A stretch of DNA of 63,932 nt, counting the filler, from Lama guanicoe (taxonomy: Eukaryota), in assembly GCA_013239625.1 (NCBI GenBank). It is 77 parts of 77 records of this genome, joined end to end, with 100 filler letters (N's around TTAATTAATTAA, not from the genome) between each part and the next. Parts side by side here need not be neighbours in the genome. Positions count along the whole stretch, not along the records: positions 35,432 to 36,188 come from MU057177.1; positions 36,289 to 36,787 come from MU057178.1; positions 36,888 to 37,784 come from MU057180.1; positions 37,885 to 38,721 come from MU057182.1; positions 38,822 to 40,162 come from MU057184.1; positions 40,263 to 41,117 come from PNXV01025617.1; positions 41,218 to 41,936 come from MU057185.1; positions 42,037 to 42,471 come from MU057186.1; 69 more parts are not named here. One strand, 5' to 3'. The translations under genes were made by a program, and so were the position numbers. The stretch's first letter is position 1; each line of letters starts with the position of its first letter. Shown in pieces: positions 35,432 through 47,319 of the stretch. The notes beneath the pieces are model-generated. The model was not told the origin of the DNA. It made no database searches and saw nothing but the letters and a program-made list of their open reading frames with translations.

Positions 35432-36188
35432 GAAGAGATGATATTTTCTCTGTCATAGTCTTGGCTACTCTTTAAAATTTCAACTGAACATAGGCCTGTA
35501 GATTTATTCATAGGCTCTCTATTCTGTTCCATTGGACCATATGCCTGTTTCGGTACCAATATCATTTCATTTTGATTATTGTAGCTCTGCAATACTGTAG
35601 GAAGAACAGGCGGGTTATTGCCCCAGCCTCTTTATTTGTCTTCAATATTGTTTTGGAAATTATGGATCTTTTAGATTCTATATAAATCTTATGATCATTT
35701 GTTTCAGTCCTAAAAAGAAATGTTTTTCATAATTTGATAGGAACTCAGTTTAAGTCTATGTATTCCCTTGGGCNNNNNNNNNNNNNNNNNNNNNNNNNNN
35801 NNNNNNNNNNNNNNNNNNNNNNNNNNNNNNNNNNNNNNNNNNNNNNNNNNNNNNNNNNNNNNNNNNNNNNNNNNNNNNNNNNNNNNNNNNNNNNNNNNNN
35901 NNNNNNNNNNNNNNNNNNNNNNNNNNNNNNNNNNNNNNNNNNNNNNNNNNNNNNNNNNNNNNNNNNNNNNNNNNNNNNNNNNNNNNNNNNNNNNNNNNNN
36001 NNNNNNNNNNNNNNNNNNNNNNNNNNNNGTTTTTGTAAATTAATCTGGCTACCTTACCCAGTTCCTTTTTTAGCCTAAGTATTTTTTTTGTGAAGCTTCA
36101 GAGTTTTCTATATATAGTGTCATGTCTGCATACCATGACAATTTTAACTGTTCTTTTCCATTCTCAATAGTTTTATTTATTTTCCTTG
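35432..36188 (-). mobile_element. Degraded LINE-1 ORF2 fragment
   Basis: CTCTCTATTCTGTTCCATTGG..GTACCAATATCA..TTTGATTATTGTAGCT antisense L1. Confidence 0.9.
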
Positions 36189-36288
36189 NNNNNNNNNNNN
36201 NNNNNNNNNNNNNNNNNNNNNNNNNNNNNNNNTTAATTAATTAANNNNNNNNNNNNNNNNNNNNNNNNNNNNNNNNNNNNNNNNNNNN

Positions 36289-36640
36289 AATGGCATTAAT
36301 TTATCTTTTATGACTGAGCAGTATTCCATTGTGTGTGTGTGTGCGCGTGTGTATATTTGTGTGTGTGTATATATGTATATATATACCACACCTTCTTTAT
36401 CCAGTCATCTGTCAGTGAACATTTGGGTTGTTTCAGTGTCTTGGCTATTGTAAATAGTGCTGCTGTGAACATTGGGGTGCATGTGTCTTTCTGAATTATA
36501 TTTTTCTCCAGACATATACCCATGAATGGGATNNNNNNNNNNNNNNNNNNNNNNNNNNNNNNNNNNNNNNTCTATACTGTCCTCCATAGTGGCTGCACCA
36601 ATGTACATTCCCACCAACCGAGTAGGAGGGTTCCTTTTTC
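36289..36640 (-). mobile_element. LINE-1 ORF2 C-terminus with embedded (TG)n/(TA)n microsatellite
   Basis: KDTCTPMFTAALFTIAKT..DDWIKKVWYIY; microsatellite at 36330-36384. Confidence 0.93.
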
Positions 36641-36887
36641 TCTTAAAAGGTCAAAAATTTTCTGCATTTATATATTTACAGTTTAGGACACAATTTGACA
36701 AAAGCCAGATAGAATTTAATAGCAGTTAATACAGTATATTTTTTAAATGTCCATGCATTATGGATAGATATGTTATTGATGAGTTGGNNNNNNNNNNNNN
36801 NNNNNNNNNNNNNNNNNNNNNNNNNNNNNNNTTAATTAATTAANNNNNNNNNNNNNNNNNNNNNNNNNNNNNNNNNNNNNNNNNNNN

Positions 36888-37784
36888 CTATGTCTGTTTC
36901 TGACGAGGGATTTCTGTCCCCCTGTCTTCACAGTCACTCATGCGTCCCTCTGCATTATGTAGTCTGCTTAGGACTGAATTTTAGCCTTGATATTATCTCA
37001 TCCATTGAGTTTTCTGATATTATTTGGCTCGTCTTTCGACTTTCTCTTCCCCTTTTCTGGTATTCTGCCTTTTGTGATTCTGAGACCCTGTTGTTCTTCA
37101 GTGTTTCCCTCACCTCTGTTTTCAATACTTGCTGTGGTAGCGTTTTTCATTCTAGTTGTTTGAAAGCTTATCTTTTGGGCCTTCAGTCTCTTTGGAACTG
37201 AAAATGGTACTTCCTGTTTCTTTTACTGTACTTCTTCATCTCTACTGGTCAGGTAATATCAGGTATCTAATGCAGAATTCTAGGNNNNNNNNNNNNNNNN
37301 NNNNNNNNNNNNNNNNNNNNNNNNNNNNNNNNNNNNNNNNNNNNNNNNNNNNNNNNNNNNNNNNNNNNNNNNNNNNNNNNNNNNNNNNNNNNNNNNNNNN
37401 NNNNNNNNNNNNNNNNNNNNNNNNNNNNNNNNNNNNNNNNNNNNNNNNNNNNNNNNNNNNNNNNNNNNNNNNNNNNNNCACATTTATTATGCTGATCTCT
37501 CAATTCTGAAAGTGCACAGGACACTTCCTCTTGTGGAAATAAAGCTTCTAAAGTTTCTCAGCTCTGCATTTGGCTCTATTTCATTTTGGAGTGTTACCAA
37601 AACAGCAAACTGAGAGTGTGCTTGTGCTCTCTAGTTCCATGGGAATGTCCCAATGAAACTGGTTCTTCCCAGAGCTTGTCTGTCTACAGAAACACCAGTG
37701 GAAACATACGTATGGATGTCATATATCAGTGCCTTCTGGAATGATCCCGCAGACTGACCTTGGTGTCCTTTGTGCCGTACCATT
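36888..37784 (-). repeat. Macro-repeat piece G (includes L1 ORF1 relic)
   Basis: 36888-37284 matches reverse complement of 50375-50775; 37480-37784 matches 48807-49103. Confidence 0.9.
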
Positions 37785-37884
37785 NNNNNNNNNNNNNNNN
37801 NNNNNNNNNNNNNNNNNNNNNNNNNNNNTTAATTAATTAANNNNNNNNNNNNNNNNNNNNNNNNNNNNNNNNNNNNNNNNNNNN

Positions 37885-38721
37885 GATCTCTTATGTTAAT
37901 GATGTGAAACTATGTGGTTGAAACAACCATACTCCCCTTAGCAATCTACATTTAGTGTAAATCATGTCAAAATACCCATGAGATTTTTGCATTAAATAGA
38001 AAAAATAACTTCAAAATGTATTTGTAACTACAAAGATCATGTGTTGTCAAAATAAACTTGAAAAAGAGTATTAAATCAATTAGTGTAATATTCTCTGATG
38101 TTAAACAGTCCTACAAAGCTTTAGTAATTTAAACAACATGATTCTGGCTCAAAAACAGACACCAATCAATAGAAGAGAATTGAGCAACCAGATATAATCC
38201 GTCACACCTACGATCAATTAACCCATGAAAAATGAAGTAAGAGTATAAAATGAAGAAAAGACATTCTCCTCAATATGTAGTGCTGGGGAGATTGAACATG
38301 TGAAACATAGATTAGAGTATTTCCTCACATTGTATACAATCCATGATCACAGAATATCTTTTATTTCTTTTGTATACTTATATTTATTACACCTTTAATT
38401 TATAGAACTATGTTTAGATCTTTTATTTCACTTATCAANNNNNNNNNNNNNNNNNNNNNNNNNNNNNNNNNNNNNNNNNNNNNNNNNNNNNNNNNNNNNN
38501 NNNNNNNNNNNNNNNNNNNNNNNNNNNNNNNNNNNNNNNNNNNNNNNNNNNNNNNNNNNNNNNNNNNNNNNNNNNNNNNNNNNNNNNNNNNNNNNNNNNN
38601 NNNNNNNNNNNNNNNNNNNNNNNNNNNNNNNNNNNNNNNNNNNNNNNNNNNNNNNNNNNNNNTGAAGCCTTATATAATTTTTCTTGACTAGTTGTTCTGG
38701 CTAGGACTTCTAGTAGTGTAA
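37885..38721. mobile_element. Degraded LINE-1 ORF2 with an orientation switch near 38340
   Basis: Sense L1 (ACCATACTCCCCTTAGCAATCTACA..CAAAAACAGACAC) followed by antisense L1 (CCATGATCACAGAATATC..TGGCTAGGACTTCTAGTA). Confidence 0.8.
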
Positions 38722-38821
38722 NNNNNNNNNNNNNNNNNNNNNNNNNNNNNNNNNNNNNNNNNNNNTTAATTAATTAANNNNNNNNNNNNNNNNNNNNNNN
38801 NNNNNNNNNNNNNNNNNNNNN

Positions 38822-40162
38822 GATCGGCAGCGCTTGGGTTCTAACGGAATGCCTAAGCTCGTCTACCCTGGGATTTTTCCTAATTTCTCTGTGCCAGGAA
38901 ATGCTAGGGGGGGTTGCAGGAAATCCCAGTGACAGAGGCTGCCTCCCCAAGGTCAGGGAATGTATTTCTTAGAATTCCCCCTAACAGGGAACACCTGTGA
39001 TTGAAGAGAGCTGCGTGGAGTTGTCTCTCGATCTCCCCACGCACTGACAATAGTTCCGGAATCCTGAGCGTGGGGAGGTTCCACCAANNNNNNNNNNNNN
39101 NNNNNNNNNNNNNNNNNNNNNNNNNNNNNNNNNNNNNNNNNNNNNNNNNNNNNNNNNNNNNNNNNNNNNNNNNNNNNNNNNNNNNNNNNNNNNNNNNNNN
39201 NNNNNNNNNNNNNNNNNNNNNNNNNNNNNNNNNNNNNNNNNNNNNNNNNNACAGGGAACACCTGTGACTGAAGAGAGCTGCGTGGAGTTGTCTCTCGAGC
39301 TTCCCACGCACTGACAATTGTTGCGGAATCCTGAGCTTTGGGAGGTTCCACCAACGGTCGGCAGAGGTTGGGTTCTAACGGAATGCCTAAGCTCGTCTCC
39401 CTGGATTTTTTCCTATTTTCTCTGTGCCAGGGAATGCTAGGGGGTTTTCCAGGCAATCCCAGTGACAGAGGCTGCCTCACCATTTTCAGGGAAGGTATTT
39501 CTCGCACTTCCCCTTCAGGGAACACCTGTGACTGAAGAGAGCTGCGTGGAGTTGTCTCTCGAGATCCCCACGCACTGACAATGGTTCCGGAATCTTGAGC
39601 GTGGTGAGGTTCCACCAACGGTCGGCAGCGCGTGGGTTCTAACGGAATGCCAAAGCTCGACTCCCCTGGGTTTTTTCCTAATGTGTCTGTGCCAGGGAAT
39701 GCTAGGGGGGTTTGCAGGCANNNNNNNNNNNNNNNNNNNNNNNNNNNNNNNNNNNNNNNNNNNNNNNNNNNNNNNNNNNNNNNNNNNNNNNNNNNNNNNN
39801 NNNNNNNNNNNNNNNNNNNNNNNNNNNNNNNNNNNNNNNNNNNNNNNNNNNNNNNNNNNNNNNNNNNNNNNNNNNNNNNNNNNNNNNNNNNNNNNNNNNN
39901 NNNNNNNNNNNNNNNNNNNNNNNNNNNNNNNNNNNNNNNNNNNNNNNNNNNNNNNNNNNNNNNNNNNNNNNNNNNNNNNNNNNNNNNNNNNNNNNNNNNN
40001 NNNNNNNNNNNNNNNNNNNNNNNNNNNNNNNNNNNNNNNNNNNTCCCCACGCAAATGGTTCCGGAATCCTGAGCGTGGTGAGGTTCCACAAACGGTCGGC
40101 AGCTCGTGGGTTTTAACGGAATGCCTCAGCTCGACTCCCCTGGGATTTTTCCTAATGTCTCT
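38822..40162 (+). repeat. 267-bp satellite array fragment
   Basis: Same monomer, about 267-bp period. Confidence 0.97.
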
Positions 40163-40879
40163 NNNNNNNNNNNNNNNNNNNNNNNNNNNNNNNNNNNNNN
40201 NNNNNNTTAATTAATTAANNNNNNNNNNNNNNNNNNNNNNNNNNNNNNNNNNNNNNNNNNNNCATGCTGGGGAGATGAGGAAAAATTGCCTAATACAATC
40301 AAACCACGACATCTGATTAATGGGGAATAGGAGTCAATTGAACTTTCTGGTCAGCTGACGGTCAAACAAAAACACTTTTACTTTCAAACGTCATTGCTAA
40401 AAACTTTCTTAAAGCACAGGAGCCTGTTTTCCTGCCTTGCTAAGTGTCACATGACACATTCATGCTTCTCTGACTGTGGAACGGGAAAGGCCTTGCTGTC
40501 ATTTTCTGAATATTAGTCTATGTTTTGCAGCACAGTGGGTACTGAAAATGGGGCAATAATTTGAGTGAAATGGACATAAGCTAGCAGTCAGTGACTGTGT
40601 GTCATTTGCCAACTTTCTCCAAAAAGTAGGGGTAGCAAGAAAATCAGATAAATTGAGGGTTCTTGGGGTGGGGATTCGGGTGGGCTGACAGCTGGGTGGT
40701 CCCAGGTAACTTGTTTTACTGTGTAATTTTGTGACTATGATCCAGACAGTGACACATTGTCAAATTCTTGTGCCTGTAGCTTTGATACCTGGCCAAGTCT
40801 GTGCAGCCAATTTTATCGATGTTGCATAATGAAGATAAATAACGTTCCCTGAGGACCAGGTTGTGTGACTTCCATGCAT

Positions 40880-41050
40880 TGACTCACTGAATTCCCTAAA
40901 CACACTTTGTGGTACATAACAGTCTTAAAATATGAAGGAGGGAATTATTCTCTTTGCAGATGATAAAATGAAGCTCTGAAATGTTGAAGCCTGGACCGGA
41001 GTCATGCAGATGGGAAGATACCATGCTGGGAGCTGATCTCGTGCCATTCT
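40880..41050. mobile_element. Degraded MIR
   Basis: TTATTCTCTTTGCAGATGATAAAATGAAGCTCTGAAATGTTGAAG MIR core. Confidence 0.55.
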
Positions 41051-41217
41051 ACAGCACCTGAAGGGCCCAGCAAGTCCCCTCACCCTGGAACCTGGCCCAC
41101 AGCCACTGCCAGGCCCTNNNNNNNNNNNNNNNNNNNNNNNNNNNNNNNNNNNNNNNNNNNNTTAATTAATTAANNNNNNNNNNNNNNNNNNNNNNNNNNN
41201 NNNNNNNNNNNNNNNNN

Positions 41218-41936
41218 AAGCGCACTCACACTATGCTCTTCTGGAAACACTCCAAAATAACATAGAATAGAATACAGAGCTAAGAACCTTTAGAAGCTCC
41301 ATTTCCACCAGAGGAAGTGTCCTGTGCTCTTTCAGATTTTTGAGACAACCGTAATCAAAATGAGGTTANNNNNNNNNNNNNNNNNNNNNNNNNNNNNNNN
41401 NNNNNNNNNNNNNNNNNNNNNNNNNNNNNNNNNNNNNNNNNNNNNNNNNNNNNNNNNNNNNNNNNNNNNNNNNNNNNNNNNNNNNNNNNNNNNNNNNNNN
41501 NNNNNNNNNNNNNNNNNNNNNNNNNNNNNNNNNNNNNNNNNNNNNNNNNNNNNNNNNNNNNNNNNNNNNNNNNNNNNNNNNNNNNNNNNNNNNNNNNNNN
41601 NNNNNNNNNNNNNNNNNNNNNNNNNNNNNNNNNNNNNNNNNNNNNNNNNNNNNNNNNNNNNNNNNNNNNNNNNNNNNNNNNNNNNNNNNNNNNNNNNNNN
41701 NNNNNNNNNNNNNAAATGGAGGTGAGGGAAACACTGAAGAACAACAGTGTCTCAGAATCACAAAAGGCAGAATACCAGAAAAGGGGAAGAGAAAGCCTAA
41801 AGACGAGCCAAATAATATCGGAAAACTCAGTGGATGAGAAAATATCACGGCTAACATTCCGTCCTAAGCAGAATAGATATTGCAGAAGGACGCGTGAATG
41901 ACATTGAAGACAGGGGAACACAAATCCCTCGGTCAG
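41218..41936 (+). repeat. Macro-repeat piece H
   Basis: 41218-41350 matches 50053-50139 and reverse complement of 48815-48940; 41714-41936 matches 50539-50763. Confidence 0.9.
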
Positions 41937-42036
41937 NNNNNNNNNNNNNNNNNNNNNNNNNNNNNNNNNNNNNNNNNNNNTTAATTAATTAANNNNNNNN
42001 NNNNNNNNNNNNNNNNNNNNNNNNNNNNNNNNNNNN

Positions 42037-42186
42037 CCAGACCTTGCCTGCCATGGAGTGAACACTTCCACCAGCCCTCCTTTCCAGCATATTTTGCTCC
42101 AAAATGGTCAGGATGTCTCCTCTGCAGAAAGCCAGCTCGTCAGAGCAGTCAGGGTGGTTGTCATAAAGTGCTCTGGCCAAGAGAGT
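42037..42186 (-). pseudogene. CASS4: CASS4 SH3-domain exon with a 1-bp frameshifting deletion
   Basis: ccccag|TLLARALYDNHPDCSDELAFCRGDILTILEQNMLE / EGWWKCSLHGRQGL matches recalled CASS4 ALLARALYDNCPDCSDELAFSRGDILTILEQHVPESEGWWKCLLHGRQGL; deletion near 42080; intron flank present. Confidence 0.88.
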
Positions 42187-43234
42187 CTGGGGGCCCAGGA
42201 GAAAGAATTCACGGTTATCACCATTGCCAGCCACTGCTACAGTGATACCACGTGCTTAGAACAGCGTCCCAGCTGCTCTGCTGTCCCCTTCCCTCCACCC
42301 CAGAGGCCCTGGTCCCTACTGTTTGCCTGATTGGTTTCTACCCATCCTTGGGGTGAGGAGCTCAGGTGAAATGTCACATCTTCAGGGAGGCCTTACCTGC
42401 ATCCTGAGACCAGGTGCAGCCTCCCAATTACAGTCCCATGGCCCTGATTTAATTTGTGGTGACTATGACACNNNNNNNNNNNNNNNNNNNNNNNNNNNNN
42501 NNNNNNNNNNNNNNNTTAATTAATTAANNNNNNNNNNNNNNNNNNNNNNNNNNNNNNNNNNNNNNNNNNNNATGTTTCACACGTCTTTAAGCTTTCTAAC
42601 AGTTCACAGTACACAGAGACGCACAAAGGGATACTATTGTTCCTGTAATATGGGCACACCCGCAATACATAGCCGTCGGTTGATTTCTGATGAAACACCC
42701 GCATTCACGGGACATCTATCCATTTGTTTCAAGGGGGCTGAAATTCCTAGGAATGATACAATCCCCAATGTGCACTTTACTGCCTGTCTCTTTTGATCTA
42801 TACACTTTTGTGGAGCTAATTTTCCTTGTTATAGGCTTGTGCCATTTCTTCTCGACGTAGTGTAGAAGATGGCATTCATTCATCCTGTTGGAAGACTTGC
42901 AAGTCTATATCATGGTCTAGGAATACATTGGATTCCAAATCGGCATTTGCGTTAGGTCACGATATGCTCCTATGAATCAATATTTACGAATATAAATGCN
43001 NNNNNNNNNNNNNNNNNNNNNNNNNNNNNNNNNNNNNNNNNNNTTAATTAATTAANNNNNNNNNNNNNNNNNNNNNNNNNNNNNNNNNNNNNNNNNNNNC
43101 CACGGCCCTGGCCAATCTTCTCAGTCCCAGCCCCTGAGTGCTGGCACACAGCATCCCTGAGGCTCAGTCTTCTGGCCTCTACTACTGTCTGCTGCCACCC
43201 CCAACAGCCTTAGGGCTTTATGCATTACCTACAA

Positions 43235-43345
43235 GTTGGTAACTTCCAAACTGCTATTTCCAATCCAGACCTCCCCCCTGTATTCCAGACTCAAATACCC
43301 ATTGCCTCTCAACATCATCTCTTGGAAGTTTAATAGGACTTCTCC
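43235..43345. mobile_element. L2 fragment
   Basis: AACTTCCAAAC..TCCAATCCAGACCTCCCCCCTG..TCCAGACTCAAATACCC..TGCCTCTCAACATC..CTTGGAAGT L2 motif. Confidence 0.65.
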
Positions 43346-43840
43346 TAGACCGGCCCTCTCCTGGGCCGGCCCTCCCGTGGGCCTGCCCTTTCCTCATCGT
43401 ACCCTCTTCCTGGACATGCCCTCTCTTGGTCCAGCCCTCTCCTAGGCCTGCCATGACCTGGGTCTGACCTTACCTGGACATGCTCTCACTTGGGCCTGCC
43501 CTCACCTGGTCCTGCCCTCTCCTGGGCCTGCTCTCTCCTGGTCCTTCCCACTATCTCCTGGGCTTCCCCTCACCTGGGCCTGCCCTGTCCTTTGCCTACC
43601 CTCATCTGGTCCTGCCCTCATCTGGTCCTGCCATCTCCTGGTCCTGCTCTCACCTGGTCCTGCCCTCACCTAAGCCTGCCTTCATCTGAGCCTGCCCTCT
43701 CCTGGGCCTGCCCGCACCTGGAACTGCCCACACCTGGCCTGCACTCTCTTGGGGCTGCCCTCTGCTGGGCCTGCCCTCTCCTGGTCCATCCCTCACCTGG
43801 GCCTGCCTTCTCCTGGTCTTGCCCTCTCTCTCCTGGGGAA
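43340..43840 (+). repeat. 16-bp minisatellite (CCCTCTCCTGGGCCTG / CCCTCACCTGGTCCTG), related to 17001-17892
   Basis: 16-bp period; shares CTCCTGGGCCTG core. Confidence 0.9.
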
Positions 43841-43944
43841 ATAANNNNNNNNNNNNNNNNNNNNNNNNNNNNNNNNNNNNNNNNNNNNTTAATTAATTAA
43901 NNNNNNNNNNNNNNNNNNNNNNNNNNNNNNNNNNNNNNNNNNNN

Positions 43945-44806
43945 TATAGAATTTAGAATAAAGAATGTAGAACACAGAATACAGAATATAGAAAAAAGTA
44001 TATTGAACCCAGAATTTTGAACATGGAATGCAGAACACAGAATTTAGAATATAGAATACAGAATACTGAATATAGAATTGAGAATATAGAATGTAGAACA
44101 CAGAATTTAGAATATAGAATACGGAATGCAAAATATAGTTTGTAGAGTATAGTATGAAGTACACAAATTACAGAATATAGAATAGAGAATATAGAAGCCA
44201 GATTTTAGAACATGGAATGCAGAACACAGAATTTCGAATATAAATACAGTATACCTAATGTAGGATTTTGAATATATAATGCAGAATACAGAATATATAA
44301 TATAGAATACAGAAAGCTGAATAAAGAATTTATAATATAGGATGTAGAACACAGAGTATAGAATATAGAATATAGAGTATAGAACCCAGAAATTAGAACA
44401 CGGAATGAAGAACACAGAATTTAGAAATAGCATACGGAATACTGAATATTGAATTAAAATATAGAATGTAGAACACAGAATATTGAATAAAGAATACAGA
44501 ATGCTGAATATAGAATTTAGAGCATGGAATGCAGAACACAGAATTTAGAATATAGAATACAGAATACTGAATATAGAGTTTAGAATATGGAATGCAGAAC
44601 ACTGAATTAAGAATATATAATACAGAATATTGAATATAGAATTTAAAGTATAGAATGTAGAACACAAAATTTAGAATATAGAATACAGAATGCTGAATAT
44701 ATAATTTAGAATATATAATGTAGAACACAGAATGTAGAAAATAGAAAATAGTATATTGAACCCCGAATTTAGAACATGGATTGCAGAGCAGAGAATTTAG
44801 AATATA
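43945..44806 (-). repeat. Heptamer satellite fragment
   Basis: 7-bp GAA periodicity. Confidence 0.97.
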
Positions 44807-44957
44807 NNNNNNNNNNNNNNNNNNNNNNNNNNNNNNNNNNNNNNNNNNNNTTAATTAATTAANNNNNNNNNNNNNNNNNNNNNNNNNNNNNNNNNNNNNN
44901 NNNNNNCTATGTGGGTGTCTTACCATGGAAAATGAGACACACTGAGAAGGATAGGAT

Positions 44958-44979
44958 ACACACACACACACACACACAC
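44958..44979. repeat. (AC)11 microsatellite
   Basis: Seen directly. Confidence 0.95.
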
Positions 44980-45124
44980 CCCTTTATAATTTTCTTCACT
45001 CCTGTCTTTATCAATTGTATGTTTTTTCAATCATTAATTGAAGAAGGTATTATAATAAATATGTGTTGAATAAACAAATAAACTAGTAAGTGTTTGGCTT
45101 AGAGCACAAATGTAACCTAAGATA

Positions 45125-45409
45125 CAGTAGTCCCCACTTATGTACAGGAAATGAACTCCAAGACCCCCAGAGGATGACTGAAACCACGAATACTATCAAA
45201 TCCTAATATACTGTTTTTTCTTTTTTCCCCCTTACACTAAGAGAAGGTTCGAGTATACAGCGAGGATATGCTGGAAAATGGATGATTCACATCTAGGGTG
45301 AGATGGAGCTGAAGGCACAGGCTGACCAAGATTTCACAATGCTACTCAGAATGGCCACAGTTTGAAACTTATGAATTGTTTATTTCTGGAATTTACCATT
45401 CAGCATTTT
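45125..45409. mobile_element. MER44/Tigger7-like non-autonomous DNA transposon
   Basis: TA then TIR CAGTAGTCCCCACTTAT; internal CCAAGACCCCCAG..GAAACCAC and GCTACTCAGAATGGC..AAACTTATGAATTGTTTATTTCTGGAATTT. Confidence 0.8.
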
Positions 45410-45700
45410 NNNNNNNNNNNNNNNNNNNNNNNNNNNNNNNNNNNNNNNNNNNNTTAATTAATTAANNNNNNNNNNNNNNNNNNNNNNNNNNNNNNNNNNN
45501 NNNNNNNNNTCCAGAATTGAATTATGGAGAATTAACTGGATAAATCAATCTGGAAATACATTTTCCACTGGTGCAGCATTTAGCCTGTAATGAAAAGAGC
45601 CAGAAGCAGTCTTTCGATGGAGTCTCAAAGTACGCTCAGTTCTTTCCTGGATTCTTTGACCAAGAAGAGCAGTACTACCTTTCTCTTCCTAAAAAGGAAA

Positions 45701-45771
45701 GTGGAGGAGTAGGAGAAGGTGAAGGAGGAGGAGGAGGTGGAGGAGGAGGAGGTGGAGGAGGAGGAGGTGGA
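45701..45771 (+). repeat. (GGA)n/(GGAGGAGGAGGT)n simple repeat running into a gap
   Basis: Seen directly. Confidence 0.9.
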
Positions 45772-46496
45772 NNNNNNNNNNNNNNNNNNNNNNNNNNNNN
45801 NNNNNNNNNNNNNNNNNNNNNNNNNNNNNNNNNNNNNNNNNNNNNNNNNNNNNNNNNNNNNNNNNNNNNNNNNNNNNNNNNNNNNNNNNNNNNNNNNNNN
45901 NNNNNNNNNNNNNNNNNNNNNNNNNNNNNNNNNNNNNNNNNNNNNNNNNNNNNNNNNNNNNNNNNNNNNNNNNNNNNNNNNNNNNNNNNNNNNNNNNNNN
46001 NNNNNNNNNNNNNNNNNNNNNNNNNNNNNNNNNNNNNNNNNNNNNNNNNNNNNNNNNNNNNNNNNNNNNNNNNNNNNNNNNNNNNNNNNNNNNNNNNNNN
46101 NNNNNNNNNNNNNNNNNNNNNNNNNNNNNNNNNNNNNNNNNNNNNNNNNNNNNNNNNNNNNNNNNNNNNNNNNNNNNNNNNNNNNNNNNNNNNNNNNNNN
46201 NNNNNNNNNNNNNNNNNNNNNNNNNNNNNNNNNNNNNNNNNNNNNNNNNNNNNNNNNNNNNNNNNNNNNNNNNNNNNNNNNNNNNNNNNCAACTATTAAC
46301 AAAGAAAGTAATTGCTGCCAGTCTTCCAGATAGCCTACAAGGCGTTTCAGAATTGAATTATGGAGAATTAACTGGATAAATTAATCTGGAAGTAGANNNN
46401 NNNNNNNNNNNNNNNNNNNNNNNNNNNNNNNNNNNNNNNNTTAATTAATTAANNNNNNNNNNNNNNNNNNNNNNNNNNNNNNNNNNNNNNNNNNNN

Positions 46497-47319
46497 CTCT
46501 ATTGTATATTCTATATTTTGCGTTCATAATTCTATATTCTATATTCTATATTCTGCATTCCATAGTGTATACTCTATATTGTGTGTTCTACATTGTATAT
46601 TCATATTCTATATTCAGTATTCTGTATTCTATATTCTTAATTCAGTGTTCTGAATTCCATGTTCTATATTCTGTCTTCTCTTTTCTCTATTCTATATTCT
46701 ATATTCTGTGTTCTACATTCCACATTCTAAATTCTATATTCAGTATTCCTTATTCTATATACTAAATTCTGTGTTCTACATTCTATATTCAAAACTCTAT
46801 ATTCTGTACACTGTATTCTATATTCTAAATTCTGTGTTCTGCATTCCATGTTCTCAATACTGGATTTTGTATTCTGTTTTCCATATTCTTAATTCTGTGT
46901 TCTACATTCTATATTCTGTATTCTATATTCTGCATTCCGTATTCTATATTCTATATTCTGTTCTCTATTCTATATTCTAAATTCTATATTCAGTATTTTG
47001 TATTCTATATTCTAAATTCTCTGTTCTGCATTCCATGTTCTAAATTCTGGTTTCTATATCCTGTATTCTATTTCCTATATTCTGTATTCTACATTCTAAA
47101 TTCTTAATTCTATATTTAGTATTCTATATTCTACATTCTTTATTCTGTATTACTAAATTCTTTATATTTAGTATTCTATATTCTACATTCTTTATTCTGT
47201 ATTCTTTTTTCAGTATTCTGTATTTTATATTCTTAATTCTGTGTTCTGCATTTCGTGTTATCAATTCTGTGTTTTGTGTTCTGTTTTCCATATTTTATAT
47301 TCTGTGTTCTACATTCTAT
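46497..47319 (+). repeat. Heptamer satellite fragment
   Basis: 7-bp TTC periodicity. Confidence 0.97.

Noticed and set aside
45571..45771. Poly-Gly/poly-Glu/poly-Pro ORFs
   Set aside because: Product of a GGA simple repeat adjoining a gap
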